From Actinomycetota bacterium (GTDB taxonomy: Bacteria > Actinomycetota > Acidimicrobiia > IMCC26256 > PALSA-610), in assembly GCA_052390615.1 (NCBI GenBank), contig JBQTGT010000012.1:11690-75689 (forward strand): a stretch of DNA of 64,000 bases. Reading direction: 5' to 3'. Positions 56,357 to 64,000 of this stretch are shown here, in pieces. Each line of letters begins with the position of its first letter. Within the stretch, counting starts at the first letter, position 1. The position numbers and the translations under genes were made by a program. The notes under the pieces were generated by a model that saw only the letters and a list, made by a program, of their open reading frames with translations, did not search any database and had not been told where the DNA came from.

Positions 56357-57547
56357 TTACGCGGGTCGGAGGGTGTTGAGCTCCATCGCGTTGTCGCGCA
56401 GGATCCGGCGTCGGGTCTCGTCGTCGAATGCCTTGAGCTCGGCGGCGTAGTCGAGCGGACGCGGCATGCCCTCGATGTGGGGCCAGTCGGAGCCGAAGAT
56501 CACGCGGTCCGCGCCCATCAGGTCGACGACCTCGTGCACGTCGTCTTCCCAGAACGGGTTGATCCACACGTTGCGACGGAACGACTCGACCGGATCTTCG
56601 GTGAAGTAGCCGGGCATCTTGCGGTCGGTCGAGCGCAGCTTCTTGTGCAGCTCGGCGAGGAACTCCGACCCGTTCTCGACCGACGCGATACGAACACTGG
56701 GAAACCGCTCGAACAACTTGTCGAACGCGAGTGTGATCAAGAAGTCGAACGCGGCCCGCTCGATGTGGAACGCCTTGATCGACGGCGCCCACCGTCCGCC
56801 GGTGCCCGAGAACCCGGCCGCGAAACCGTCTCGTGCGTAGCCGTTGCTCGTGTAGCCGCTGTCACCGGCGTGCGCGACCACGGTGATGCCGGCTTCGTTG
56901 ACGCGTGCCCAGAACGGATCGTTGCGGGGATCGCTCACGGGTACCTGGCCGTCAGGTGTGTGCGGCGCGGCCGGCCGCATCACGACGACGCGCGCGCCGC
57001 GGTCGAGGGCCCATTCGAGCTCGGCGACCGCCCAGTCGAGGTCGCACAGCGAGATGTACGGCGCCGCGAACACGCGGTGCTCGTACGCGCAGCCCCAGTC
57101 CTCGTCGAGCCATCGATTGAACGCGCGGAACAGGGTCGTGACCGCTTCGCCGTCGTGCTTCAGCAATTCCTCGTAGAGCACGCCAAGCGTGGGGAACAGC
57201 CACACCGCTTCGAGCCCGAACTCGTCGAGCCGGGCGATCCGTGCGTCGGGGCGGCGGTACTCGGCGGGAATCGGCTCCCGTTCGGTCAGGAACTCCCACG
57301 GCTGCTTCCCATCGGGGTTGCCGCGGAAGTAGTCGTGCATCGCGCCGGCCTTGGCGATCGGATCGAACGTCGGGTTCACCACCGCGTGGCTGATCTGGCC
57401 GCCCACCAGGTGGTACTTGCGGCCGTTCAGCTCGACCCACTGCACGCAGCGGGGCTGCATCTTGGGGTCGACGTGGCGGGTGAAGGCGTCCAGAGCCTCG
57501 TAGTAGTGGTTGTCCGCGTCGAACGCCAGGTATCCGAGTTCACCCAC
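56357..57547 (-). CDS. Amidohydrolase-2 family protein
   Basis: 396-aa ORF with AFDADNHYYE (metal-binding), ...VVAHAGDSG... and ...IFGSDWPH... motifs. Confidence 0.88.
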   Translation of the reverse strand: MGELGYLAFDADNHYYEALDAFTRHVDPKMQPRCVQWVELNGRKYHLVGGQISHAVVNPTFDPIAKAGAMHDYFRGNPDGKQPWEFLTEREPIPAEYRRPDARIARLDEFGLEAVWLFPTLGVLYEELLKHDGEAVTTLFRAFNRWLDEDWGCAYEHRVFAAPYISLCDLDWAVAELEWALDRGARVVVMRPAAPHTPDGQVPVSDPRNDPFWARVNEAGITVVAHAGDSGYTSNGYARDGFAAGFSGTGGRWAPSIKAFHIERAAFDFLITLAFDKLFERFPSVRIASVENGSEFLAELHKKLRSTDRKMPGYFTEDPVESFRRNVWINPFWEDDVHEVVDLMGADRVIFGSDWPHIEGMPRPLDYAAELKAFDDETRRRILRDNAMELNTLRPA

Positions 57548-57600
57548 GAGAAAAGCGTACCGGTGTCACCCGCGGCCCCGGATCGGTCGTCTGTCCGAGC

Positions 57601-58530
57601 ATGGCTGAAGTCATCGAAGTGCACGGGCTTCGCAAGGACTACCGACGATTCCGAGGCGGGCGCACCGTCGCCGTCGATGGGCTCGACCTCGCGGTACCGG
57701 AGGGCGGCGTGTTCGGCTTCCTCGGCCCGAACGGGTCGGGCAAGACGACAACGATCCGATGCTTGCTCGGTCTCGTCCGGCCGACCGCGGGTACCGCTCG
57801 TGTGCTCGGGCGCCCGACGCCGGACGCGCTGGGCGAAGTGCTGCCGCGTGTCGGCGCCATCGTCGAGACGCCCGCCCTGTTCCCGACGATGACCGGACGC
57901 GAGAACCTCCGGCTGCTCGGCGCGCTCGACCGCATCGGACCGAGGCGAGTGGACGAAACGCTCGACTTCGTAGGGCTCGGCGCCCGCGCCGACGACAAGG
58001 TCCGCAAGTACTCGCTCGGGATGAAGCAGCGCCTCGGTCTCGCGGCCGCGCTGCTCAAGGACCCGGCGCTGCTCATCCTCGACGAACCGGCCAACGGCCT
58101 CGATCCCGCCGGCATCCGAGAGATCCGCGAGCTGTTGCGCAATCTCGGAGCCGAGGGTCGCACCGTATTCGTATCGAGCCACCTGCTCGCCGAAGTCGAA
58201 CAAACCTGTGATCGCGTCGCGATCATCGATGGTGGCCGGTGCATCCTCACGGGGCGCGTCGCCGACGTGCTCGCGTCCGCGGCACGCCCGTCGTTGCTGG
58301 TCGGCCTCGACGACGAGGATGGAGGGCAGCGAGTGCTCGGCGCCGCCGGCTTCCCCGTCGAACGTACCGACGGTGACCTGCTGCGCGTGGCCATCCCCAA
58401 GGCCGACGCGGCGCTGCTGACCAAGACGCTCGCCGACGCCGGCCTCTACGTGACCGAGCTGCGCCCGGAGACCGTTTCGCTCGAGGAGCTCTTCCTCGAG
58501 ATGACGTCGCACCTCGAGGTGGCATCGTGA
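57601..58530 (+). CDS. ABC transporter ATP-binding protein
   Basis: Walker A GPNGSGKTT, signature YSLGMKQRL and Walker B LLILDEP. Confidence 0.95.
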   Translation: MAEVIEVHGLRKDYRRFRGGRTVAVDGLDLAVPEGGVFGFLGPNGSGKTTTIRCLLGLVRPTAGTARVLGRPTPDALGEVLPRVGAIVETPALFPTMTGRENLRLLGALDRIGPRRVDETLDFVGLGARADDKVRKYSLGMKQRLGLAAALLKDPALLILDEPANGLDPAGIREIRELLRNLGAEGRTVFVSSHLLAEVEQTCDRVAIIDGGRCILTGRVADVLASAARPSLLVGLDDEDGGQRVLGAAGFPVERTDGDLLRVAIPKADAALLTKTLADAGLYVTELRPETVSLEELFLEMTSHLEVAS

Positions 58531-59333
58531 ACCTGCTGATCGTGGAGATGCGCCGGGCGCTGCACCGGCGGCTCGTGCGCTGGATGATCGTGCTCGCGCT
58601 CGTCGGCTGCGCGTTCCTCGGCGTGGTCGCGCTCGTCTCGAGTGGTGACCTTTCGGCGCTCGACCGCGCCTACGGTCACCCCGCGCTGATGGAGAGTTGG
58701 TACCGAGCCGGAACGGGCGACGGCATGAACGGCATCGCCGCGAGCTTCTTGGCGATCGGTGCGGTCGTCTGCGCGGCCTCGGTCGCGGGCGCGGAGTGGA
58801 AGGCGGGGACGGTGACGACGGTGCTGACGTGGGTGCCGTCACGCGTGCGGTTGCACGCAGCCCGCACCGTGTCTGCGGCGATCCTTGCGTTCGTGATTTC
58901 TCTCGCGCTGCAAGTCGTGCTGATGCTCGCGGCCACTCCCGCCGTGGTCGTGAACGGCGAGACGACGGGTACGGACCAGCACTGGTGGTTCGGACTCCTG
59001 GCCGCGACGCTGCGGGTGTCGCTCATCACGGCATTGATCGCGGTCCTCGCGCTCAGCATCGCGACGATCGGGCGCAATACCGGTGCCGCGCTGGTTGCGC
59101 TCGCCGCTTGGGCACTTGTGATCGAAGGCCTCATCCGCGGTCTGAAGCCGGGTCTGGCGCGGTTCCTGATCGGCGAGAACGTCGTGATCGTCGTTCCCTG
59201 GGCACCGTTGGAGGATGCCGAGTTCCAGCGCGGTCCAGTCCTCGCGCTAGTGACGCTCCTCGTGTATCTCACGGTGATCTGCTTCGCGGCGGGCCTGAGT
59301 TTCACTCGCCGCGACATCGTCGCCAGCGCCTGA
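58527..59333 (+). CDS. ABC transporter permease (ABC-2-like)
   Basis: 268-aa ORF with six hydrophobic segments. The GTGA overlaps the ATPase gene. Confidence 0.8.
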   Translation: MNLLIVEMRRALHRRLVRWMIVLALVGCAFLGVVALVSSGDLSALDRAYGHPALMESWYRAGTGDGMNGIAASFLAIGAVVCAASVAGAEWKAGTVTTVLTWVPSRVRLHAARTVSAAILAFVISLALQVVLMLAATPAVVVNGETTGTDQHWWFGLLAATLRVSLITALIAVLALSIATIGRNTGAALVALAAWALVIEGLIRGLKPGLARFLIGENVVIVVPWAPLEDAEFQRGPVLALVTLLVYLTVICFAAGLSFTRRDIVASA

Positions 59334-59460
59334 CCTCTCCTCCGGGGCGGCGCGGTGGAAGGATGCGCCGGTGACGGGGGGCGATACCGGCGAACGCCTA
59401 CGCGAAGCGTTGTGGGCCTGGTGTCACCCGCGCGCGGCGTACGAGACGTCAGTCGGGGTG

Positions 59461-60033
59461 ATGGATGCCTCGACCCTTGCGCTGGCGGCGAGTGACGCGC
59501 CGTCTCTGCGCGCCGGCGCGCCCGCGGTGGCGGCATTGGACACCGACCAGTTCGTCGTGGCGATGTTCCGCGCCGAAGGCCCGTCGCTCGTGCGCCTCGC
59601 CCGGCTGTTCGTCGATGACCGCAACGCCGCCGAGGACCTCGTCCAAGAGGCGTTCATTCGCCTGGCCCGCTCCGCGCACCGGATCACCGACCTCGACCGC
59701 GCGCCCGCCTACCTACGGTCGATCGTGCTCAACCTCGCGCGTGATCACAACCGTCGCGGGCTCGTGTCGCTCCGTCACCACCTGCCGTTCGACGACGCGC
59801 GCGCGTCCGTCGAAGACGAGATCGATCTGCGCGAGGACCAGCGCGAGATGCTCGAAGCGCTCCGGGACCTCCCGCGCCGCCAGCGCGACTGTCTCGTGCT
59901 GCGCTACTACGACGAGCTCGGCATCGAAGGGATCGCCGAGACGCTCGGCGTGTCGGCCAACTCGGTCAAGACGCACCTCAAGCGCGGCCTCGCGGCGCTC
60001 GAACGGCGCCTCGGCGAACGGGCCGCGTCATGA
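59461..60033 (+). CDS. ECF-type RNA polymerase sigma-70 family factor
   Basis: Region 2 (AEDLVQEAFIRL...YLRSIVLNLARD) and region 4 (LPRRQRDCLVLRYYDELGIEGIAETLGVSANSVKTHLKRG). The start is ATG 59461 or upstream GTG 59371. Confidence 0.85.
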   Translation: MDASTLALAASDAPSLRAGAPAVAALDTDQFVVAMFRAEGPSLVRLARLFVDDRNAAEDLVQEAFIRLARSAHRITDLDRAPAYLRSIVLNLARDHNRRGLVSLRHHLPFDDARASVEDEIDLREDQREMLEALRDLPRRQRDCLVLRYYDELGIEGIAETLGVSANSVKTHLKRGLAALERRLGERAAS

Positions 60034-60656
60034 CGATGCTCGAAGAACGCCTCCGCGACGCGCTCCTCACGGGCGCGGCCGGCGTCGACGAAAGCCCCGA
60101 TCTGTTCGCGCGTGTGCAACTCAGCATCGACGACGATCGCCGACGCCGTCGCCAATGGCGGCGGGCGGTCGCGGTTGGAATGTGTGTCCTCGGCGCGCTG
60201 ACGGCGCTGTTCGTCGCGTTGTCCGATATCCGCGAAGGGAAGGTTCTCATGGACTGGTGGGTGCTCGAATTGATCACGAACGGCGTCCTGATCGTCGTCG
60301 CGTTCTGGCTCGGGCCGTTGATCAAGCGCTTCGGTCGAAGCTACGCGGCCGATGTGTTTCGCGCGAATCCGCGCACGGGCAAGAGCTTTATCGTGCTGAC
60401 GGACTTCGCGTACTACTTGATCTTCTTCTCGTACATCCTGTTCACCGTGAGCTTCGAAGCCGGCGGGGACTGGGAGCAGACGGTCAACGCGGCGCAACTG
60501 AAGACGGAAACCGCGCGTCTCGGCGGCATCCTCTTGATCATCGGAATCCTGCATGGGGTGAACCTGCTCGCGTTGCCGGTGATGGGGCGTCTGCTGACGT
60601 TGAACCGCCAGCTCGACGAGACGGCCGGTCCGGCAAGTCCAGAGCGGCCGGCGTGA
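60030..60656 (+). CDS. Membrane protein co-translated with the ECF sigma (candidate anti-sigma factor)
   Basis: ATGA overlap with the sigma gene. A cytoplasmic N-terminal ~45 aa is followed by an RRRRRQWRR stop-transfer and about 4 TM segments. No zf-HC2 motif was seen. Confidence 0.65.
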   Translation: MTMLEERLRDALLTGAAGVDESPDLFARVQLSIDDDRRRRRQWRRAVAVGMCVLGALTALFVALSDIREGKVLMDWWVLELITNGVLIVVAFWLGPLIKRFGRSYAADVFRANPRTGKSFIVLTDFAYYLIFFSYILFTVSFEAGGDWEQTVNAAQLKTETARLGGILLIIGILHGVNLLALPVMGRLLTLNRQLDETAGPASPERPA

Positions 60657-61438
60657 TCTTGTTTGCCGTCGCGCTCGCCGCCGTGGGGCCCACGGTCGAC
60701 GTCGACGCGAAGCCGATTGGCGATCCGCCGGCAGTGGTGGTCGCCGACAATCTTGGCGACGGCGACGTGCTCCGTGTGCAGGTGCACGGGCTTTCCCAGC
60801 ACGCGCGCGCCGAGGTGCGGCAGTGCCCACGCGATGGTGACGCCAACACGGTGACCGGTTGTCACAACGAGTTTCCCGTGCAGGCCGACGTCAATGGCGA
60901 CGCGCAATTTCAATACCAGATCCTCGGAGACGGCCGTACGTGCGGGCCGACGGCGTCCTGCGTGCTCGTTGTGACCGATGGCGCCAAGGTCGCCGTCGTG
61001 TACACGGTGTTCGGTGGCGCCGCGCCGCCTGCCGCGACGATCCGGCTCGAACCGGACGGGCCCTACCGAGTTGGCGCGCGCGTCGCCGTGCACATCGACG
61101 GGCTCGCAACGGGCGCGCGGGTCGGCGTTTCGCTCTGCCTCCCCGACTGCCGCGGCGCCGTCACGAGCGAGGGCGAACCGATCACCTTCGAATTGGACGA
61201 GCGCTGCCCGCGACGCGAGCGGTGTCGGGTGTTCGTGACCGGGCTCGGGGCGCGCGACTCGGTGCGGCCTCTGCGGTTCATCGCGCCCGCCGGCGCGGAC
61301 TATGACGCGCCACGAGTCGCCGTCGGGCTGCTGGTCGCAGCTGCATTCGCGATGGCCGCGGTCGCGCTGGTGCGCCGCACTGACTGGCAACCGCCGACCG
61401 AAGCCGCGACACCGGCGATGGACGCCGCCGAGCTGTAA
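60653..61438 (+). CDS. Exported Cys-containing two-domain protein with C-terminal TM anchor
   Basis: GTG 60653 overlaps TGA 60654-60656. It comprises the last 261 codons of track ORF 59465-61438. Signal-like VILFAVALAAVG, two similar Cys-containing beta-rich segments and a C-terminal helix VAVGLLVAAAFAMAAVALV. Confidence 0.65.
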   Translation: MILFAVALAAVGPTVDVDAKPIGDPPAVVVADNLGDGDVLRVQVHGLSQHARAEVRQCPRDGDANTVTGCHNEFPVQADVNGDAQFQYQILGDGRTCGPTASCVLVVTDGAKVAVVYTVFGGAAPPAATIRLEPDGPYRVGARVAVHIDGLATGARVGVSLCLPDCRGAVTSEGEPITFELDERCPRRERCRVFVTGLGARDSVRPLRFIAPAGADYDAPRVAVGLLVAAAFAMAAVALVRRTDWQPPTEAATPAMDAAEL

Positions 61439-61520
61439 CCGCGTACGATTCGCGCCCATGACTCCCGAGTAGGCCGCGCACGACACCGCCCGCGAGGTCG
61501 ACCGGATCGGCGGGGGGTTC

Positions 61521-62072
61521 ATGGTCGATCCCGCGACGTTCGCACGCGGCGGCGAGCTCGGCTTCGACGGCTACGACTTCTACGTCGCCGGTCGAGGTGG
61601 CGCGCTCGGCGATGTCCCCGGTGCGGTCGTCGCGGCGGCTCTCGTGTTCTTCGCGCCCGATGTCGTGATCCCGGCATGGGAGAGCACCGCTGGAATCATG
61701 GATCGGCGTCGCACGGCCGGGCACTTTGCCGAATGCGGGCACGAGTGGGCGCGAGCGCACCTCACCGGCAACTGCGAGCGGGTGGCTGCGTTGCTCGGCG
61801 CGGTTGTGTCCCGAGCCGCACTGGCCGGCTCGCCCTTGTTCGCAGGTTGGCGGCTGCTGCCCGAGCCCACCGACGTGCTCGCGCTCGCGCAGCACCGTGT
61901 CAACCTCGTGCGCGAGTCGCGCGGCGGCCTCCACGGCGCCGCGGTGCTCACCGTCGGCGTCACGCCGCACGAAGCGGTCGCGTTCCGCACGCCTGACTGG
62001 GTCTCGGTATTCGGGTGGCCGGAACCGCATCCCGAACCCGAACTGATCAAAGAACGGTGGCAGCTCGCCTAA
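61521..62072 (+). CDS. Conserved hypothetical protein; the ORF is bracketed by in-frame stops (possible pseudogene of a longer gene, 61458-62165)
   Basis: 183-aa ORF with high GC3. The same frame stays coding-like upstream to ATG 61458 (interrupted by TAG 61470-61472) and downstream to TAA 62163-62165 (interrupted by TAA 62070-62072). Confidence 0.65.
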   Translation: MVDPATFARGGELGFDGYDFYVAGRGGALGDVPGAVVAAALVFFAPDVVIPAWESTAGIMDRRRTAGHFAECGHEWARAHLTGNCERVAALLGAVVSRAALAGSPLFAGWRLLPEPTDVLALAQHRVNLVRESRGGLHGAAVLTVGVTPHEAVAFRTPDWVSVFGWPEPHPEPELIKERWQLA

Positions 62073-62148
62073 GCGCGCACCGACCGCATGCTCGGCCGCC
62101 ACCTCGCGGTGCTGACGGCCGACGAGCGCGCCGAGCTCGTCGCCCTGC

Positions 62149-63039
62149 TCAACGAGATGGCCTAAGCGCGAGGCCGATGCGCTCGAGTGTCTCCTCGGGG
62201 TGCTTCGTCACGTCGTCCCAAGTGACGAACATGACGCGCCAGCCGCGCGCTTCGAGATAGGCAGTGCGGCGCTTGTCGCGCTTCCATCGAAGGCGATTCC
62301 CATGGAATTCGTATCCCTCAGCCTCTAGATCGAACCTGTTGTCGCACCACGCGAAGTCGAGACGGTAGGGCCCGACCGGGAATTGGCGATGGGGGAGCGT
62401 CAGCCCGCTCGCGCGCAGCAGCCGCCACGCCTTGACCTCGAGCCGCGATTCGAGCGCGCGGTTCCCCAGTTGCTGGACGGCCACGAGTCGGTGGATCGCA
62501 CGTGATCCTGGTCGGCCTCGCCCGCACAGCTCCGCGGCTCGATGGGCCAACATGTCCGGGGATGCCAACCCCATACGTCGCGCTGATTCGAATACCGTTT
62601 CGAGCGCTTCGCTGTCAAGTAGATGCGCGCAGTCGATCAGCGCGCGCGTGGCCGTCGTGCACCGAATCCCGTCGACCCACGTACGGTCGATCAGCGGTAT
62701 CGGACCGTGGTGCACAGTCACGCGCGGCGAGCGGCGCGTCGAACCGTACGGCAGCGTGAGGTGCACGCTCGTCGTCCGGATGCCGTCCAGTCGCAGGAGC
62801 CGACCCGCGGTGGTATGCGAGATCAGCGACTCTTCGCCACCCCAGATCGACGCCGCGATCGCGAGCTGTCGACCAGTGCGAGGCGTGCCCGGCATGCGGT
62901 ATACCGCCGGGAAGAGCTGCTCCCAACCGCGCCGGTTCAACGTGCGCGGTTTCATGCCGTATGCGATCGCAGTCGCGCGATCGACAACGCCGTGCTGCTT
63001 CTCGGCGACCGCGGCGATGCGACGCTCCACCTCGTTCAT
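62149..63039 (-). CDS. DUF559 (Vsr-like endonuclease fold) protein with an AbiEi_4-like N-terminal domain
   Basis: ATG 63039 has CAGGAGGA upstream. N-terminal ...AEKQHGVVDRATAIAYGM...; C-terminal ...YRLDFAW...LEAEGYEFHG...RDKRRTAYLEARGWRVMFVTWDDV typical of DUF559. Confidence 0.85.
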   Translation of the reverse strand: MNEVERRIAAVAEKQHGVVDRATAIAYGMKPRTLNRRGWEQLFPAVYRMPGTPRTGRQLAIAASIWGGEESLISHTTAGRLLRLDGIRTTSVHLTLPYGSTRRSPRVTVHHGPIPLIDRTWVDGIRCTTATRALIDCAHLLDSEALETVFESARRMGLASPDMLAHRAAELCGRGRPGSRAIHRLVAVQQLGNRALESRLEVKAWRLLRASGLTLPHRQFPVGPYRLDFAWCDNRFDLEAEGYEFHGNRLRWKRDKRRTAYLEARGWRVMFVTWDDVTKHPEETLERIGLALRPSR

Positions 63040-63123
63040 TTGTCCTCCTGCGCCAAATGTGGCGTGTTGGGATAAAAGAACGGGGAAGAGCCCGGGGAAG
63101 TGCCGCGAGAGTACCCTTGGCCC

Positions 63124-63588
63124 ATGACGATGCTCGAGCTGCCTACCGCCATTCACCGCGGCGACGACGAGCTGCCGTGGGTCGACATCGGCGAGGGATC
63201 ACTCCTCAAGGTGCTCCAGATCAAAGAGCGCGAAGGGCTGTGGGTGATCCGCAATCGCTTCCAACCCGGATACCGAGTGCAGAAACACAAGCACACGGGA
63301 CCGGTGTATGCGTTCACGACGAGCGGCGCGTGGCGCTATGAAGAATCCGAGTTCGTCAACCGCGCCGGTTCGTTCCTCTACGAACCGGCGGGTTCGGTTC
63401 ACACGCTGGTCGTCCCCCGGGACAACACCGAGTCGACGGACGTGTTCTTCGCGATCTGGGGTGCCAACCTCAATCTCGACGCCAGCGGGAACGTCGAGAG
63501 CATCGTCGACGCGGGCTTGATCCTGCAGGCCTATTACGCGTTGTGCGAAGCCGAAGGGCTTCCGAAGCCGGATGTCGTGCTCGATTGA
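63124..63588 (+). CDS. Cupin-fold protein, 2,4'-dihydroxyacetophenone dioxygenase-like
   Basis: Contains ...GYRVQKHKHTGPVYAFTTSGAWRYEE...GSFLYEPAGSVHTL.... The start is ATG 63124 or 63130. Confidence 0.85.
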   Translation: MTMLELPTAIHRGDDELPWVDIGEGSLLKVLQIKEREGLWVIRNRFQPGYRVQKHKHTGPVYAFTTSGAWRYEESEFVNRAGSFLYEPAGSVHTLVVPRDNTESTDVFFAIWGANLNLDASGNVESIVDAGLILQAYYALCEAEGLPKPDVVLD

Positions 63589-64000
63589 GCATCCTAGGAA
63601 CTCGGGTTCTTCGTAGCGAAGACCCCCGTTTTCTCACGAGCGGCGGCGACTACATCGAGAGCATCGACATCCCCGCTGCCCTCCACGTCGTCTATGTGCA
63701 GTCGACGGCCGCGCACGCACGGATCACGGCCATCGACTCGCGTGACGCGGCAGCGATGCCCGGTGTGGTCGCGGTGGTCACCGCCGCCGACGTCGACCTC
63801 GCCGACCAGGATGTCCCACACACACGCGTTCCCGCGTCGATGGCACGCCCGTTACTCGCGCGGGATCAGGTGCGGTTCGTCGGCGAGCTCGTCGCGGCCG
63901 TGGTGGCGCAGACGCGGACGCAGGCGGTGGACGCGGCCGAACGCGTCGTAGTCGACTACGAATCTCTGCCGGCCGTCATCGATGTCGAAGCGGCCCGCCA
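63585..64000 (+). CDS. 5' part of a xanthine dehydrogenase/CO dehydrogenase-family molybdopterin-binding large subunit (runs off the right edge)
   Basis: Not in the ORF track because it has no stop in the window. TTG 63585 overlaps TGA 63586-63588. It translates to M-SILGTRVLRSEDPRFLTSGGDYIESIDIPAALHVVYVQSTAAHARITAIDSRDAAAMPGVVAVVTAADV.... Confidence 0.8.
   Translation, partial: MSILGTRVLRSEDPRFLTSGGDYIESIDIPAALHVVYVQSTAAHARITAIDSRDAAAMPGVVAVVTAADVDLADQDVPHTRVPASMARPLLARDQVRFVGELVAAVVAQTRTQAVDAAERVVVDYESLPAVIDVEAAR

Noticed and set aside
61464-61472. The 9-mer CCCGAGTAG is shared between the 13-bp duplication at 37766-37791 and the in-frame TAG at 61470
   Set aside because: Two of the three occurrences are a single tandem duplication. 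One extra 9-mer match in 128 kb of two-strand sequence is within chance expectation.

Overview
High-GC (about 70% by eye) chromosomal segment of actinobacterial type. Mycothiol-linked enzymes and the housekeeping genes cspA, typA, sodA, ppa and queA are present. I support about 65 densely packed protein-coding genes. They are dominated by catabolic and redox enzymes (amidohydrolases, PhyH/TauD/2OG dioxygenases, acyl-CoA dehydrogenases and ligases, Zn-ADHs), three ABC systems, one ECF sigma module and many lipoproteins or exported proteins of unknown function. Many neighbouring genes overlap by 4 nt (ATGA/GTGA/TTGA). I saw no rRNA, tRNA, CRISPR array, transposase or integrase. All family calls come from motifs recognised by eye; no searches were run. 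Main findings: (1) the 69-aa track ORF at 7886-8095 is the 3' part of a SelW/Rdx-type selenoprotein with an in-frame TGA in a CxxU motif and a SECIS-like hairpin; (2) a conserved ~45-55 nt hairpin element occurs three times, each 20-30 nt after a stop codon; (3) a 16-bp dyad, CTGAC-ANNAGC-GTCAG, occurs three times, always in 5' regions, twice exactly 20 nt before a start codon and once in front of an atypical ParD-like ribbon-helix-helix protein that could be its binding factor; (4) two tandem-repeat-encoded mini-ORFs each have a TGA overlapping the ATG of the downstream gene; (5) there are signs of gene decay: two frameshifted membrane-protein genes, a GMC-oxidoreductase remnant and an ORF bracketed by two in-frame stops. 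The many very long arginine-rich ORFs in the track are rejected as antisense or off-frame shadows typical of high-GC DNA.
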